The notes under the pieces were generated by a model. The model ran no database searches and had not been told where the DNA came from. It worked only from the letters and a program-made list of their open reading frames with translations. The position numbers and the translations under genes are program-made. A stretch of DNA of 64,000 nt from Octopus bimaculoides. Lineage: Eukaryota. Shown one piece after another: positions 13,131 to 25,099 of the stretch (positions within the stretch are counted from its first letter, which is position 1; each line of letters starts with the position of its first letter). The stretch spans positions 16,468,652-16,532,651 of the forward strand of contig NC_069004.1 of assembly GCF_001194135.2 (NCBI RefSeq), in the 5' to 3' direction.

Positions 13131-13546
13131 ATTCTTTTATTCTATTACTTGTTTCAGTCATTTGATTGCGGCCAGGCTGGAACACAGCCTTGAAGGACTT
13201 TAGTCAAACAAATTGATCCCAAGACTTACTTTTTTTTTTTTAAAGCCTAGTACTTATTCTATTGATCTCTTGCTGAACTGCTAAGTTACAGGAGCATGAA
13301 CATACCCAACACTGGTTGTAAAACGATGGTTGAGGACAATCAGACACAAAGACATGCACAACAGGCTTCATTAAATATATAAATATGACAGGCTTCTTTC
13401 AGTTTCCATCTACCAAATCCACTCACAAGGCTTTGGCCAGCCCAAAGTTATGGTAGAAGACACTTGCCCAAGGTACCACACAGTGAGACTGAACCCAGAA
13501 CCATGTGGTTGGGAAGCAAGCTTCTTACCACACAACCATGCCTGTA
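13131..13546 (-). mobile_element. Family B SINE, full length
   Basis: Reverse complement aligns along its length with 62743-63165. Confidence 0.85.
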
Positions 13547-13577
<31 letters not shown>

Positions 13578-14280
13578 NNNNNNNNNNNNNNNNNNNNNNN
13601 NNNNNNNNNNNNNNNNNNNNNNNNNNNNNNNNNNNNNNNNNNNNNNNNNNNNNNNNNNNNNNNNNNNNNNNNNNNNNNNNNNNNNNNNNNNNNNNNNNNN
13701 NNNNNNNNNNNNNNNNNNNNNNNNNNNNNNNNNNNNNNNNNNNNNNNNNNNNNNNNNNNNNNNNNNNNNNNNNNNNNNNNNNNNNNNNNNNNNNNNNNNN
13801 NNNNNNNNNNNNNNNNNNNNNNNNNNNNNNNNNNNNNNNNNNNNNNNNNNNNNNNNNNNNNNNNNNNNNNNNNNNNNNNNNNNNNNNNNNNNNNNNNNNN
13901 NNNNNNNNNNNNNNNNNNNNNNNNNNNNNNNNNNNNNNNNNNNNNNNNNNNNNNNNNNNNNNNNNNNNNNNNNNNNNNNNNNNNNNNNNNNNNNNNNNNN
14001 NNNNNNNNNNNNNNNNNNNNNNNNNNNNNNNNNNNNNNNNNNNNNNNNNNNNNNNNNNNNNNNNNNNNNNNNNNNNNNNNNNNNNNNNNNNNNNNNNNNN
14101 NNNNNNNNNNNNNNNNNNNNNNNGAATACAGTAAGTGCTGACTATGTAAACAAACGATTCTGGCGGTGATAAAATTATTATTTCCTTGTCAAAAAATGGC
14201 TGAAGCATATTGGCAGTAGCTAATAAACCTTTCTATTATAGGCACAAGGCATGGTTTTTGAGGGAAGGAGCAAGTCAATT

Positions 14281-14556
14281 TGGGTTAGGGTTAGGGAAAA
14301 CGAACACACGTGTGTTGCCTCTGCAAAATGTCAGAAGTAATGGAGATTAAATACGCTTTACACCGCTTAAACTGCCAAAGGAGTAACTGTAAACAGCTGA
14401 ATACTTGTCAGTGATTGGTTGAAATTATCGAAATAAGACAATTTTTTACATGAAATAAATCCAAATACAAAAATTGTTTTCTGTTCTATAACACAAAAGA
14501 TAAGTATACAAAGTTTGAAAGTCTTTCGGTACCAAAAATACTACATAAAAAACATT
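14281..14556. mobile_element. Solo arm of the foldback element family seen at 53598-54461, starting with gggttagggttaggg
   Basis: gtcagtgattggttgaaattatcgaaataagacaattttttacatgaaata...gtttgaaagtctttcggtaccaaaaatactacataaaaaa matches the reverse complement of 53620-53775. Confidence 0.8.
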
Positions 14557-14946
14557 AATGAAAACTGGTGCCCCCGTTTTGAACAAGATCCCAATTAAGT
14601 CTATGCTGGAGCAACCACCTTAAATGTTGTCTGCAGTCAGCTACATATCTTACCACTATGTACTCTGAGTGATTCCATAGTGGTAGGAGAAAAATCTGTT
14701 GTGAAAGTAAACTGAGGCAAACAGAATTGTGAATCATGGCCAGTATCATTATACTGACTAAGATTTGAGCTCATGATCACAGAAATTCACCATACTAAAG
14801 CAGCTGTTATTGTCTTGTATATTGTTCTTTCTTTTTCTTTCATTTTTTTCTTTAATATAGTTTGTAACTTCTACCAGTTTTTGTTATGGCAAGCATCTTG
14901 CTGTATGTATATTTCCTGCTATCCTCTGTCTCTAGATGATGTAAAA

Positions 14947-15258
14947 ACTGGCGCTCCATTGGTTACAGTGAGTGTTATTGTTAATCCAATGAACAGAACG
15001 CATGCTCCTGAAATTAATGAGCAAGTCACTGAGCATTCCACAGATACATGTAACCTTAACATAGTCTTCAAGGAGAACCAGCTTGACTCAAAATGTGCCA
15101 TGGCTGGCCCTTTCAAATATAAGTACATTTTTACCATGTAAGTAGACCAGAGCAACATGAGATTAAGTGTCTTTCTCAAGGACACAATGTGCTACCAGGT
15201 ATCACACTGCCTGACGATTGAGCCAAATACCCCTAACCACTAAGCCATGCACCTTCAC
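14947..15258 (-). mobile_element. tRNA-headed SINE with a distinct central core (family D)
   Basis: The minus strand starts gtgaaggtgcatggcttagtggttagg (A box). The core ttaaggttacatgtatctgtggaatgctca...ttcaggagca recurs on + at about 51170-51230. Confidence 0.75.
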
Positions 15259-15557
15259 AGATAACGTAGTAGTGCTGGTAGAGAGCTTAACAGATCCACC
15301 CATACTTTTTATCTAGCTATAGGCTGATGACAGGAGTACCTGTAATATATCAGGATTAATACACTTTGTTTTCAGATATTCTTGTTAATGATTTTCAGTA
15401 GGTTGAATTTGAATGCATCATCATCCCAAGGTGAAATCTATAAGAAGTTTATCTGCTTTACACTGGTTAATACAAGTATTAGTTCCCTTTTTATGGAATG
15501 AGGAGTACACTAAGAGAACCCTGCTAGTGTGGAAAGTAATATGAATGGATTTAATCT

Positions 15558-15560
<3 letters not shown>

Positions 15561-15642
<82 letters not shown>
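15561..15642. repeat. (CA)n microsatellite, representative of many (CA)n, (TA)n, (CT)n and (ATT)n tracts in the window
   Basis: Uninterrupted CA run read directly; similar tracts at about 7645-7715, 22753-22785, 38832-38888, 41996-42027 and 44760-44822. Confidence 0.95.
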
Positions 15643-15645
<3 letters not shown>

Positions 15646-16039
15646 CTTGCACCTGTTTGGCAAGTGATTTGATTTAAGATAGTGTTTTGGGATTAAAACA
15701 ATTACATTGTGGTAGCCATTAAAAATACACAAACACTTATATTCCCTTTTACTTGGGGTTTTTTTTTTTTTGTTATGATAATATTTATATTATTAGATGT
15801 GCGTGTGTGTGTACACAACTTTTCACACAAACATAATAACCACAAACATTTTCCACAGAATCAGCTTTAATTAAATATTTATTACATTTGATATCTCCTC
15901 ACAGTCAGACCAATGATATCTACTTTTATTTATCTTCAGTTAAAACCATCCAAACAATCTCACATTTCTTTCATTTTATTTATTTTGTTTCCTGTTAATT
16001 CATGCAGATGTTAGGATGAATGAACTCAGAAATAGTGAT

Positions 16040-16061
16040 AGGGTTAGGGTTAGGGTTAGGG
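16040..16061 (+). repeat. Short interstitial telomere-type repeat AGGG(TTAGGG)3
   Basis: Exact string agggttagggttagggttaggg. Confidence 0.9.
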
Positions 16062-16744
16062 GTGAAGTGAGGATGATGATGATGCAGATAAGTTATTTGA
16101 GGAGAGAAAACTGATTTTGTTATGTATTATACCCAAATGCATAAAAATAAATAAATATTGGTAGATTGCTGTTGATGATACTTATGATGTCGCTGTTAAG
16201 AAAATCTAAGCGAACTAAATCTTTATATTTTAGTTGCTGTCAGTTGAAAGTTAATTTATTTTTTAGGTGCCACACAGACAACACATTTGTTGAGAGAATG
16301 GGTAAATATGACTGATTAAATCAAACTTAGTATATCACTGATTATTGTCCCACAGAGAATTTAGAGGTGTATGAAACTGTTTAGATGGCATAAACATCTT
16401 TATTTCTCTTATCAGTCTCTTAGTAATATTGATTTTTATTTCTCACTTGGTACAAGACCAATGTTGTAAACTTGAATAAAATTACTCCAGTATGTGACTG
16501 GTATTTACATGGTAGTCTGAGTTGCAATGACAAACTGAACTTCAGAAATCTATGCATAAACAATTTTGCAAAGGATTGTCTGGTGCTTTTCTGTGTCAGA
16601 GGTCTTCACTGTAACATGAAAGAAATTTGTATTTTGTTTTGTTGATTTTCTGTTTTATTAGGAGCCATGACAGCTTATTCATGGCTAGTTTAAAAATGAA
16701 TTTATTGTATTCAAATTGTTTAATTAGAAATAGATTCAATGCTA

Positions 16745-17395
16745 GAAATGTTGTAGGAGAGCTTAGTTAAATATACTGACTCCAGTACTGGGCTGGTCCT
16801 TATTTTATTGATGCCCAGATGGATGAAAGGCAAAGTTGCTCTCAGTAGGATTTAAACTTAGAATGTGAAGCACTGTAACCAAATGCCACAAGCTATTTTC
16901 TCTGATGTTCTAATGAGTCTACTAATTGACTGACAATAGAATAAAGATTTTTTATTTCATTCATAAGTTCTTGCTTTTGTACAAGGTTACATTTGCAAAG
17001 TAGTTATAGTTGATTGACTTGACTTGGAGTAAATAGCTGGTAGTTATTTTATTGATTCTTGAGTGTGTGTCATAGTTGAGACATTAGAGATGTCATTGAA
17101 ATGAGAAAACGGCTTTAACCAGAAACTGCAAGTAGGTCATTCTCTTTTGACTGGTGCAGAGTATTTTTCTTTTATTGTAAGGCATTATTATTGTTGTTGT
17201 TGTTTGTTTTTAGAGCCTTGCATTATTTGTTCTGGCTCCTTACATTCTAAGTTTAAATCTGGCTAAGGTCAACTTTGCCTTTCATCTATCCAGGGTTGAT
17301 AAAGTACCTGTCAATTGCTAGGATTGAAAGCATTGACTAACACCCCCCTCCTCAGAATTGCTGGCTTTGTGCCAAATTAGAAACTGTTGTTGTTA
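16745..17395. mobile_element. Two decayed family A SINE copies (about 16745-16930 on -, about 17230-17395 on +)
   Basis: ggatgaaaggcaaagttg (reverse complement of the A body); then aaggtcaactttgcctttcatc...aattgctggctttgtgccaaa on +. Confidence 0.7.
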
Positions 17396-18002
17396 TTAAT
17401 AACAACAACAACAACACTCGGATAGTTTAAAATTTCCTTTCATTTCCCCCATCTTCAATCTTTTTTCTTTTTTCCTTTTTTCCTCCCACCCTTATCTGAT
17501 CTTATCTGGGATCAGCTGGGAGCCTGGTGGGGGAAGCCCATAGTAAATTTCCCTCTGTCAGCTCCATTATCTCTTCAGTAACACATCATCAATAATGTGC
17601 TTCACTCTCAGTCATAGAGGCTGTGGTAGTGGGGCAGCGAACCATTTGTCATATTCTCAATAAGTCTTAATAAAGCTTCTATAAAGACTCAGAAATTCCA
17701 GAAAAATAATCAGCCAAGACATTGATGTTAGCAGTGGGGAGGAGTGTAATATTCTAGTTGGATGGGACCTTACTGAATAAGATTAATTCTTGTCACTACC
17801 ACCTCTACCACCAAGCTGGTTAGTATCATATTGCCTGATCAGGAAGGACATCAGGGAACATTGGTTTCTCTTCATCACTTCCTTTGTCTCCCTTACCCGC
17901 AATTCATGTGATCATTCATTAGATATTATTTAAAAATTCTGGCTTAACCACCTTCACCGGCAAACACCCCTACATATCCTGCTGTCACCATCACTGCTAT
18001 GA

Positions 18003-18038
<36 letters not shown>

Positions 18039-18408
18039 NNNNNNNNNNNNNNNNNNNNNNNNNNNNNNNNNNNNNNNNNNNNNNNNNNNNNNNNNNNNNN
18101 NNNNNNNNNNNNNNNNNNNNNNNNNNNNNNNNNNNNNNNNNNNNNNNNNNNNNNNNNNNNNNNNNNNNNNNNNNNNNNNNNNNNNNNNNNNNNNNNNNNN
18201 NNNNNNNNNNNNNNNNNNNNNNNNNNNNNNNNTTATTTAGTCCCTCGAAGCGTGAGGCATTACTACACAGTTAATGCCCTTTATATAAATTATTTATATA
18301 TATTTATGAAAAAATGATGAATTTTTTTCATTATTTTTTTCATTATGAGGTTTTTTCACGCTGACTACTTGATAAATTCTTATAAAGAATTTATCCTATA
18401 TTATATTA

Positions 18409-18445
<37 letters not shown>

Positions 18446-19153
18446 AATTTTCTCTCTCTCTTTCACTAATTTCATATGTGCACTATTTTTGTTCACACCT
18501 GCTTGTAACAAATTGTGGAGATGTTTGGCATACTTCATTTTTACTAAAATTTCGAAGTGAAAATCTACAGGGCTGCTAACACTTTTGTTAACTCTAAGCC
18601 ATCCTTGATTAAGTAAACCTATGCTCAAAAACATTCCAGCCATGATCATCCTGTCTTTTTAGGACTACAATGTCTCATGTGTTTCCTTATTTAAGAGAAT
18701 GGGGAGTCATTTTAAGGTTTCAAAAGTTTTAATAACAATGATTTGAAAGTTTATTGCAAATATTGAACTGATTTAAAATTAGTAAATCGAAGAATCCACT
18801 CTGTCGGTCAAAAAGAAAGACAAGTTTGATCGGTTTAGAATTGGTTTCTGCCTAGACTTTTCTGATGACAGCACTATGTTATGTAGTAGATGACTAGTTG
18901 TTTATCTTCCACAATATACAGCTGTATATGTTAATTCTATTGTCATTACTATCTTAATCCCTTTCATGTCACAATTACAGATTGAGTCTGAAGTACAGAG
19001 TACATTTATTTCTCTCTTTAATGTCATCATGGCTTTCAACACCATTCTTTCTTTAATCCTCTCAACTCCACTAAGCTATATAATGACAACTACCACCACA
19101 TTATAACTATTTTAACTGAAAAACCCTATTGCCACAATCCACATAACTATGTA

Positions 19154-20426
19154 CTGGGTGCGATGGGTAAACTGTCACCATTTTATATTTTTAATTTCAT
19201 GCATACACATTGTTTGTTTTTAATTTTGTTGATTACACAGTATAGTAGGGTCAGTTGGGCACCGTCTGTGAGAAAAACAGCACCGTGATGCAATTCACTC
19301 TGCCAGAAATTTGGAAACAACATGCCGTATTGCTTAGCATTCACAGCAGAAGCTCCAATACAAACATTTTAGAGTGTTTGGATGTCAATCTGAGGACAGT
19401 GCAGAGGATTTGGAAAGAGTTGGATGAGTCTATTTGATGGTGATTATGAAGGTATGGCAGCTCGGAAAACTCACTCTGATCATTCTGATAAGAAAAGGAC
19501 TGAATCTGTTGGTGAGATCCAGACCATGATTGCCAACGATCCCTCCAAGTCAATCAGGTCCATCTCCAGGAACATGGGAGTGTCTGAGTTTCAGGCAGGT
19601 TGTGCATGAAGACATTCAGTATTCCTCATACAAGATGAGAAAGGGCTAATTTTTTTCCCAAGCCATCAAATACGAGGAAAGACCGTGCTATGAAGCTTTT
19701 GAACAAGCTCAAGCATCCCCTCCAACTGAGCATGCTTTGGTTTTTTTCATCTGAGAAAAATTTCTGCCAGGATCAGATTGTGAACACAGAGAACAACCAT
19801 TGGCTTACCATGTCCCCAAAACATGTACCAAGAGCGATAAAAATCAAACATCCAGTCAACATCATGGTGTTTGGAGTGATCACTAGTGATGTCAGCGTTA
19901 TACCTCCCTTCATCTTCCCATACAGCCTCAGACTCAACATGGGGCTACATCAAGTGCTGCCCTGGGTCAAGAGGGTGGCTGCTGGAAGACCCTGTGTCTG
20001 GCAACAGGACTCTGTACCATGCCACACAAGCAGGAGAACCCAGTCATGGCTGTCAGACAATTTCTGCAACCACACCACCTCTAATATCTGGCCACCTAAC
20101 TCCCCATACTGCAACCCCCTTGATTATTATGTGTGGAGTGCAGTTGAGTGAGAGACCAACAAAACTCTTTGTTACACCAAAGATAAATTGAAGGCAAGGA
20201 TTATGGCAGCATTCACCAACTTAAACAAGGAGAACGTCCAGAAAAGTTGCAGGAGATTCAAAGTCATCTGGAGTCTGTGGTTGAAGCCAATGGTAATTTT
20301 ATTGAATAAATTTACTTTTTAGTATTTCAAGATATGTAATTTTGGTAAATGTACCTGTTAAAATGAGATGTCAGTGTTATTTTCACTTTTGTGTAATTTA
20401 CACGACAATTTATTCACCACACCCTG
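19154..20426 (+). mobile_element. Full-length but frameshifted Tc1/mariner element, maT (DD37D) type
   Basis: TA flanks at 19152-53 and 20427-28. Imperfect TIRs ctgggtgcgatgggtaaactgtc and (reverse complement) cagggtgtggtgaataaattgtc. The transposase pieces include WQQD followed by 37 residues and then the D of SPYCNPLDY. The first catalytic D reads FSSEK. Confidence 0.9.
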
Positions 20427-21680
20427 TAATTAATGATTTACTACAGCACATAACTTTATCCTTCAGTTAGTGTAAAATTTAAAAATAGAATGTTTGAATT
20501 TACTGGAGTTTTTGAATGCCATCATGGTTATGGATGACAAATTGTGCTTAAAACTTTAGAGTAATACTGCATCATGAGTAATATTCATTTAAAAGAAAAG
20601 CAAGCAAACAAAGGTTATATATGAAGTGACTGAAGTAGATGCTTTTTTTGTACAATGTAACTGTTTACAACCTATAAAAGCTCCAAGTGGATAGTTCTAC
20701 TTGAGTGATATTAAATGGTTATATCTCTCTGTAAGTCATTTCTAATAATTGTTGGTATTTTTGTTTAGTTCTTTTATTTTTAAAGAAGAAACATCAAAAT
20801 CTCTAATTCATGAATTAGACACACTGTCACAATTTTCTGTTTCCTCTAAGATAATTTGTGTGTGTGCATGCATGCGTGCTAGTTTCATGTTAAAGTTTAT
20901 CAAAATCTTATTGCTGAGTGTCATCTGTGTAAGAGGGATAATTAAGTTGGTGTATGAGTTCAGAAGTTAAAATACTTGGCCTATCAACAATTTAAAATAA
21001 TAATTTGACACGAAAGATTGTGAAGGGAAAGAGTAGTGTGCAAAATGCAGTTGCAGTAGCTCAGTGGCTAAGTTAGGTTGTTGGTTAAGTGCTAGTCAAT
21101 CAAAAGACAATGCATACATATGATATTTGGTGTGCAAATATATGTGCTTTCAGAGCCTTCCAAACTAATATTGTTTCATCTTAGATAATAACTGGGAACA
21201 TTATAATTGAAAAAGAGAATGTTAAAATGTCTTTGACCATATTTGTTGCTTGTTCTAGTTAGACTTCTTATTTACTAGCAGTAAATGTCCCATCCCACCC
21301 CATTTACTTAGATATCTCAATTCCATTAAACATGGTAAACTTCCAAAATAATGAATAACTCAAGAAAACAAAACTTTAGAAAATTGTCATAAACAAGTTT
21401 ATGTTTGCTTCAACCAGTGAGAAAGTTTTTTTTTTTTTCTTTAATCTAAAATTAAAAAAAAATTTCCCTGAAAATTTCTTATTATGCATTTAAAAACATT
21501 TGTAAAACAATGAAAAACATGCATCTCAAAATGTTATGGTTACTGTTATTTGGGAGGTTCAATTCTGTATGTAGTGTTTAGCTCTCATTGTCAGGTGTTT
21601 CAAAAGGGATAACTCATTGACACCATTATTTACAGTTAGGATAGTATGTGTGTATTATGTATGTGTGTGTGTAAATTCAA

Positions 21681-22048
21681 TGAATGGCACCCGTGCCAGT
21701 GGAGCGCTAACAGCACCATCCGAGCGGGATCATTACCAGAGCAGCATCTGACTTCCATGCGGATGGCACGTAAAATGCATCATTTGAGCGTGATCGTTAC
21801 CAGCGTCGCCTTACTGGCGGTGGCACGTAAAAGACATCATTTGAGTGTGGCCGTTGCCAGTACCGCCTGGCTGGCCCCTCGTGCTGGTAACACGTAAAAG
21901 CACCCACTACACTCTGGCGTTAGGAAGGGCATCCAGCTGTAGAAACTCTGCCAGATCAGATTGGTGCAGCCATCTGATTCGCCAGTCCTCAGTCAAATCG
22001 TCCAACCCATGCTAGCATGGAAAGCGGACGCTAAACGATGATGATGAT
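21681..22048 (+). mobile_element. RTE 3'UTR fragment with internal tandem units and (GAT)n tail
   Basis: ggcacgtaaaa recurs at about 21766 and 21823, with a third variant (acacgtaaaa) near 21890. The end (ggcgttaggaagggcatccagctgtagaaactctgcca...ccatgctagcatggaaagcggacgctaaacgatgatgatgat) is the reverse complement of 3601-3750. Confidence 0.85.
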
Positions 22049-22750
22049 AAATGCCTGAAGATTGCAGTGGTATTGAAACTTGAGTTGTAAGGCAAGTGTG
22101 GTTTTAAATGGATTGTCTCATGAACACCTTATTCTATTCTTAACCCTCTCATTGTGGAATTTAAATGGTTATTGACAGGATTGGTGATTGTTGGGAGGAG
22201 GTTGTCCGTGTTTTTTAAGAAAGAGTGTAATTTGAGCTAGATTCGACTGCTATTTCTTGCTGGTCACAAAAATTATACTGAGCCTCCCTTATTGGTTCAT
22301 ATGAGATTCTGGGTAAGCTAGATGACTAAGAAGCTTTGAGAAGCCAGTGTGAATAACAAAGAAACTAGAGAAATGGTGATGAAGTATAGCGAAGTCTCTA
22401 GTGGACTCTGGTACAACTTGGTTAAAAATAGGTCATGCTTCAACTATCATTGTAGTTGCTGTTATTATGACTATCACCAATATTTATACTCTATCATCAT
22501 GAAAACTACCACCTCTTCATCACATACCTATTTCTTTGGATTTTCAGCTTTTCCTGACATTAATTGTGGAAATTTCAGAAAACAATTACCACTTTTACTC
22601 ACCACACAGTGCTGCTATTGCTGCTAATATCTATGGCAATATTAAATTTGGAAATTTCTGACTCACTGTGTTAGAAATGTAATATTTCAATCATTATATC
22701 CTCATTTAAGATACAGATTGAGTTCGAAACAGTCAGCTTAATTTATTTTA

Positions 22751-22787
<37 letters not shown>

Positions 22788-22929
22788 CGCACGCGTGCTT
22801 GCATATATATGTATTAGTGTGTATCAGTGTAATTTCCTTCTGATATTTACTCACCAAATTGTGCATGTATTTTGCTGATCTATATTGGCAAAAGATAAGT
22901 AACATTGAGAAAAACATGTAAATACAGGA

Positions 22930-24114
22930 CTAGCCCGTAGCCTATGACAATATCAGTATGGGAGGGTGCTGAGTAAGGATTATGCAAAGATAAGAAGTTC
23001 CTACTTAAAACTAGTGAAACCAACAAAAGGATTAGTTTATAGAGATGAATCAAGGAAAATTATAGAATTTTCAGAGCGAGTTAGATGATATTAATCAGTT
23101 TCAAGATAGTTGGGTTTTTTTTTTGTTTGTTTGTCTTTTTTTCTCAAGGAAATTACACTGATATACACCAATACATAAGTGGTAAAGACATTCTGCTTAG
23201 CGAAAGCATCTGGGAAATGTATAACTGCTGTCATTCAGAGAAAAACTATTGTTTTATCGTGAGAAAAGCACTGTTGAAGTGTTAAGTGAAATTTGGCAAC
23301 GGAGGATCGAATTCACGCTATGCCTGCATGAAGCCACTACAAATACATTGTGGAATAAAAAATTTACCTACTGTCATGGAAAAAGTGTAACTGTAAAAAT
23401 GCAGAATTATCGGAGTAATGGGCATTCAAAAAAGTATGTATGTATAGAGATGTATAAATGAAGTCTTTAATGTTTAAGATTCAAATTAAGGAAGTGTAAT
23501 GATAATGTTTAGCAGTTCAAAGGTGTGAGTAGTGAAATGCAGAATTAGGTCGGATGATCGTGAGAATCAAATATTGATCGCTTCACTTTTAAAACCTACA
23601 GGTGATATGGATTATTTCCCTTCAGTTGTTTAAATATTAGTAATATGTAGCAGATAGAAGAATCTATTGGAGGGGCTCAATTATTGATTTTTTATCAACA
23701 ATCTAAGTATGTCACATGGTTTCCAGACTTGAGTTCTACTCACGTGTCAAATAGTGATATTGTATACAAAAATTAGAAATTGGACACACAAAAAATCCAA
23801 TATTCAAAGTAATCGAACATTAACAATGAAATGGGTTATTTCCCTGGAGTGTTTAGGAAATTATTCTGCAGGTACTATGGGTTATTTCCCTTGGGTGCTT
23901 TTAAAAAAAAAATTTAGTTATATGAGGCAAATACGAAGGTCCCTTCCAGGGGCCATATTATAAATTTTTTCGACAATCTAAGTATGTCACGAGGTTTCCA
24001 GACATGAGTTCTACTCACGTGCCAAGTTTCATCAAAATCAATAAAACGATGTAGGAGGAGTTAGCTAACAACGCCACAAACAAACACACACCGATTTTCC
24101 ATGTATGTAGTAGA
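22930..24114 (-). mobile_element. Probable non-autonomous Helitron-like element; 5' end supported, 3' end tentative
   Basis: The minus strand starts A|TCTACTACATACAT, then gtgtgtgtttgtttg and gattttgatgaaacttggcac. Internal direct repeat of about 50 bp (23698-23750 and 23973-24025). A possible CTAG|T 3' end at 22930 lacks a convincing hairpin. Confidence 0.4.
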
Positions 24115-24257
24115 TACACATACATGTATACACATATGCATACATATACATGTATATATACATACATATCTATACAGATTATGTATAATTACATATATAT
24201 ACACATACATATTTATACATATATATATATATAAATATACATATATGTATATATATT

Positions 24258-24655
24258 CGGCAGCTGGCTCCGGTGGCCTCCAAGCTGTCCTCCTAGTCAT
24301 GTAAACAAGAATTAGCGGGACCACTCTGGATACTCTTCCAGAGTTTCCTTGCAAGTGGTAAACTTCCCAAAAAGCACTATCTTGGGACCCTTGCTTTTTA
24401 TGTGCCCAGATAGCCACCCTTGCAAGCTACATAGACGATACGAAAGTTTTGCCTAAAATACAGAACCCCAGCTATGTTGCACAGCTGCAGCAGGAGTTGG
24501 ACTCAGTTTACAGATGGGCTGAGGATAATAATATGCAGTTTAATGCTGAAAAATTCCAAGTCCTGCGCTGCCAGCATCCAAAACTGAATATGAAACTTAC
24601 AGGGAACACTGGTTCACTTGGAATTTCAATCCCAGAGCCTAAATCAGTGCAGGAA
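24258..24655 (+). mobile_element. CR1/L2-type LINE RT fragment with an internal deletion
   Basis: ASYIDDTK (YADD-like)...LQQELDSVYRWAEDNNMQFNAEKFQVLR closely parallels 31559..31795 (LQCELDEIFKWAEKNSMQFNAEKFQALR). Confidence 0.85.
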
Positions 24656-24809
24656 AATACGTTGCCGGCCATGTATATATGTGTGTGTGTATGTGTATGT
24701 ATGTATATATATGTGTATGTATGTATATATATATATATATGTATGTATGTATATATGTGTATATATATGTATGTATATATGTGTGTGTGTATATATATAT
24801 ATATATGTA

Positions 24810-25099
24810 TAACATTGCAGCAAGTTACAGTACAGATGTTGCATTTCTGTTTTTATACTGTAGACAATATATGGTTTATCTCTTAATAGTTGGAATTAGA
24901 TATGATGGTATATTCCTTAATAATATATATATGCACACACGTGTGTGTCTATATATGTGTGTGTATATATATATATATGTATGTATATTATTAAGGAATA
25001 TACCACCATATCTAATTCCAAGTATTAAGAGATAAATCATATTGTCTACAGTATAAAAACAGAAATGCAACATCTGTAGTGTAACTTGCTGCAATGTTA
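24810..25099. repeat. Long inverted repeat: arms 24810-24927 and 24984-25099 around a microsatellite spacer
   Basis: Arm comparison by eye shows about four substitutions and one 2-nt indel over about 116 nt. Confidence 0.95.

Noticed and set aside
13450-14208. Long ORFs spanning N runs (also at 3673-4443, 17999-18317, 34836-35522, 53636-54073, 59280-59622)
   Set aside because: Their length comes from X residues across assembly gaps plus microsatellite translation; not coding evidence.
22053-22100. Second hammerhead-like string CTGAAGA-ttgcagtggtatt-GAAAC-ttga-GTT
   Set aside because: No stem II can form and stem I is only 3 weak pairs; at most a heavily decayed relic.
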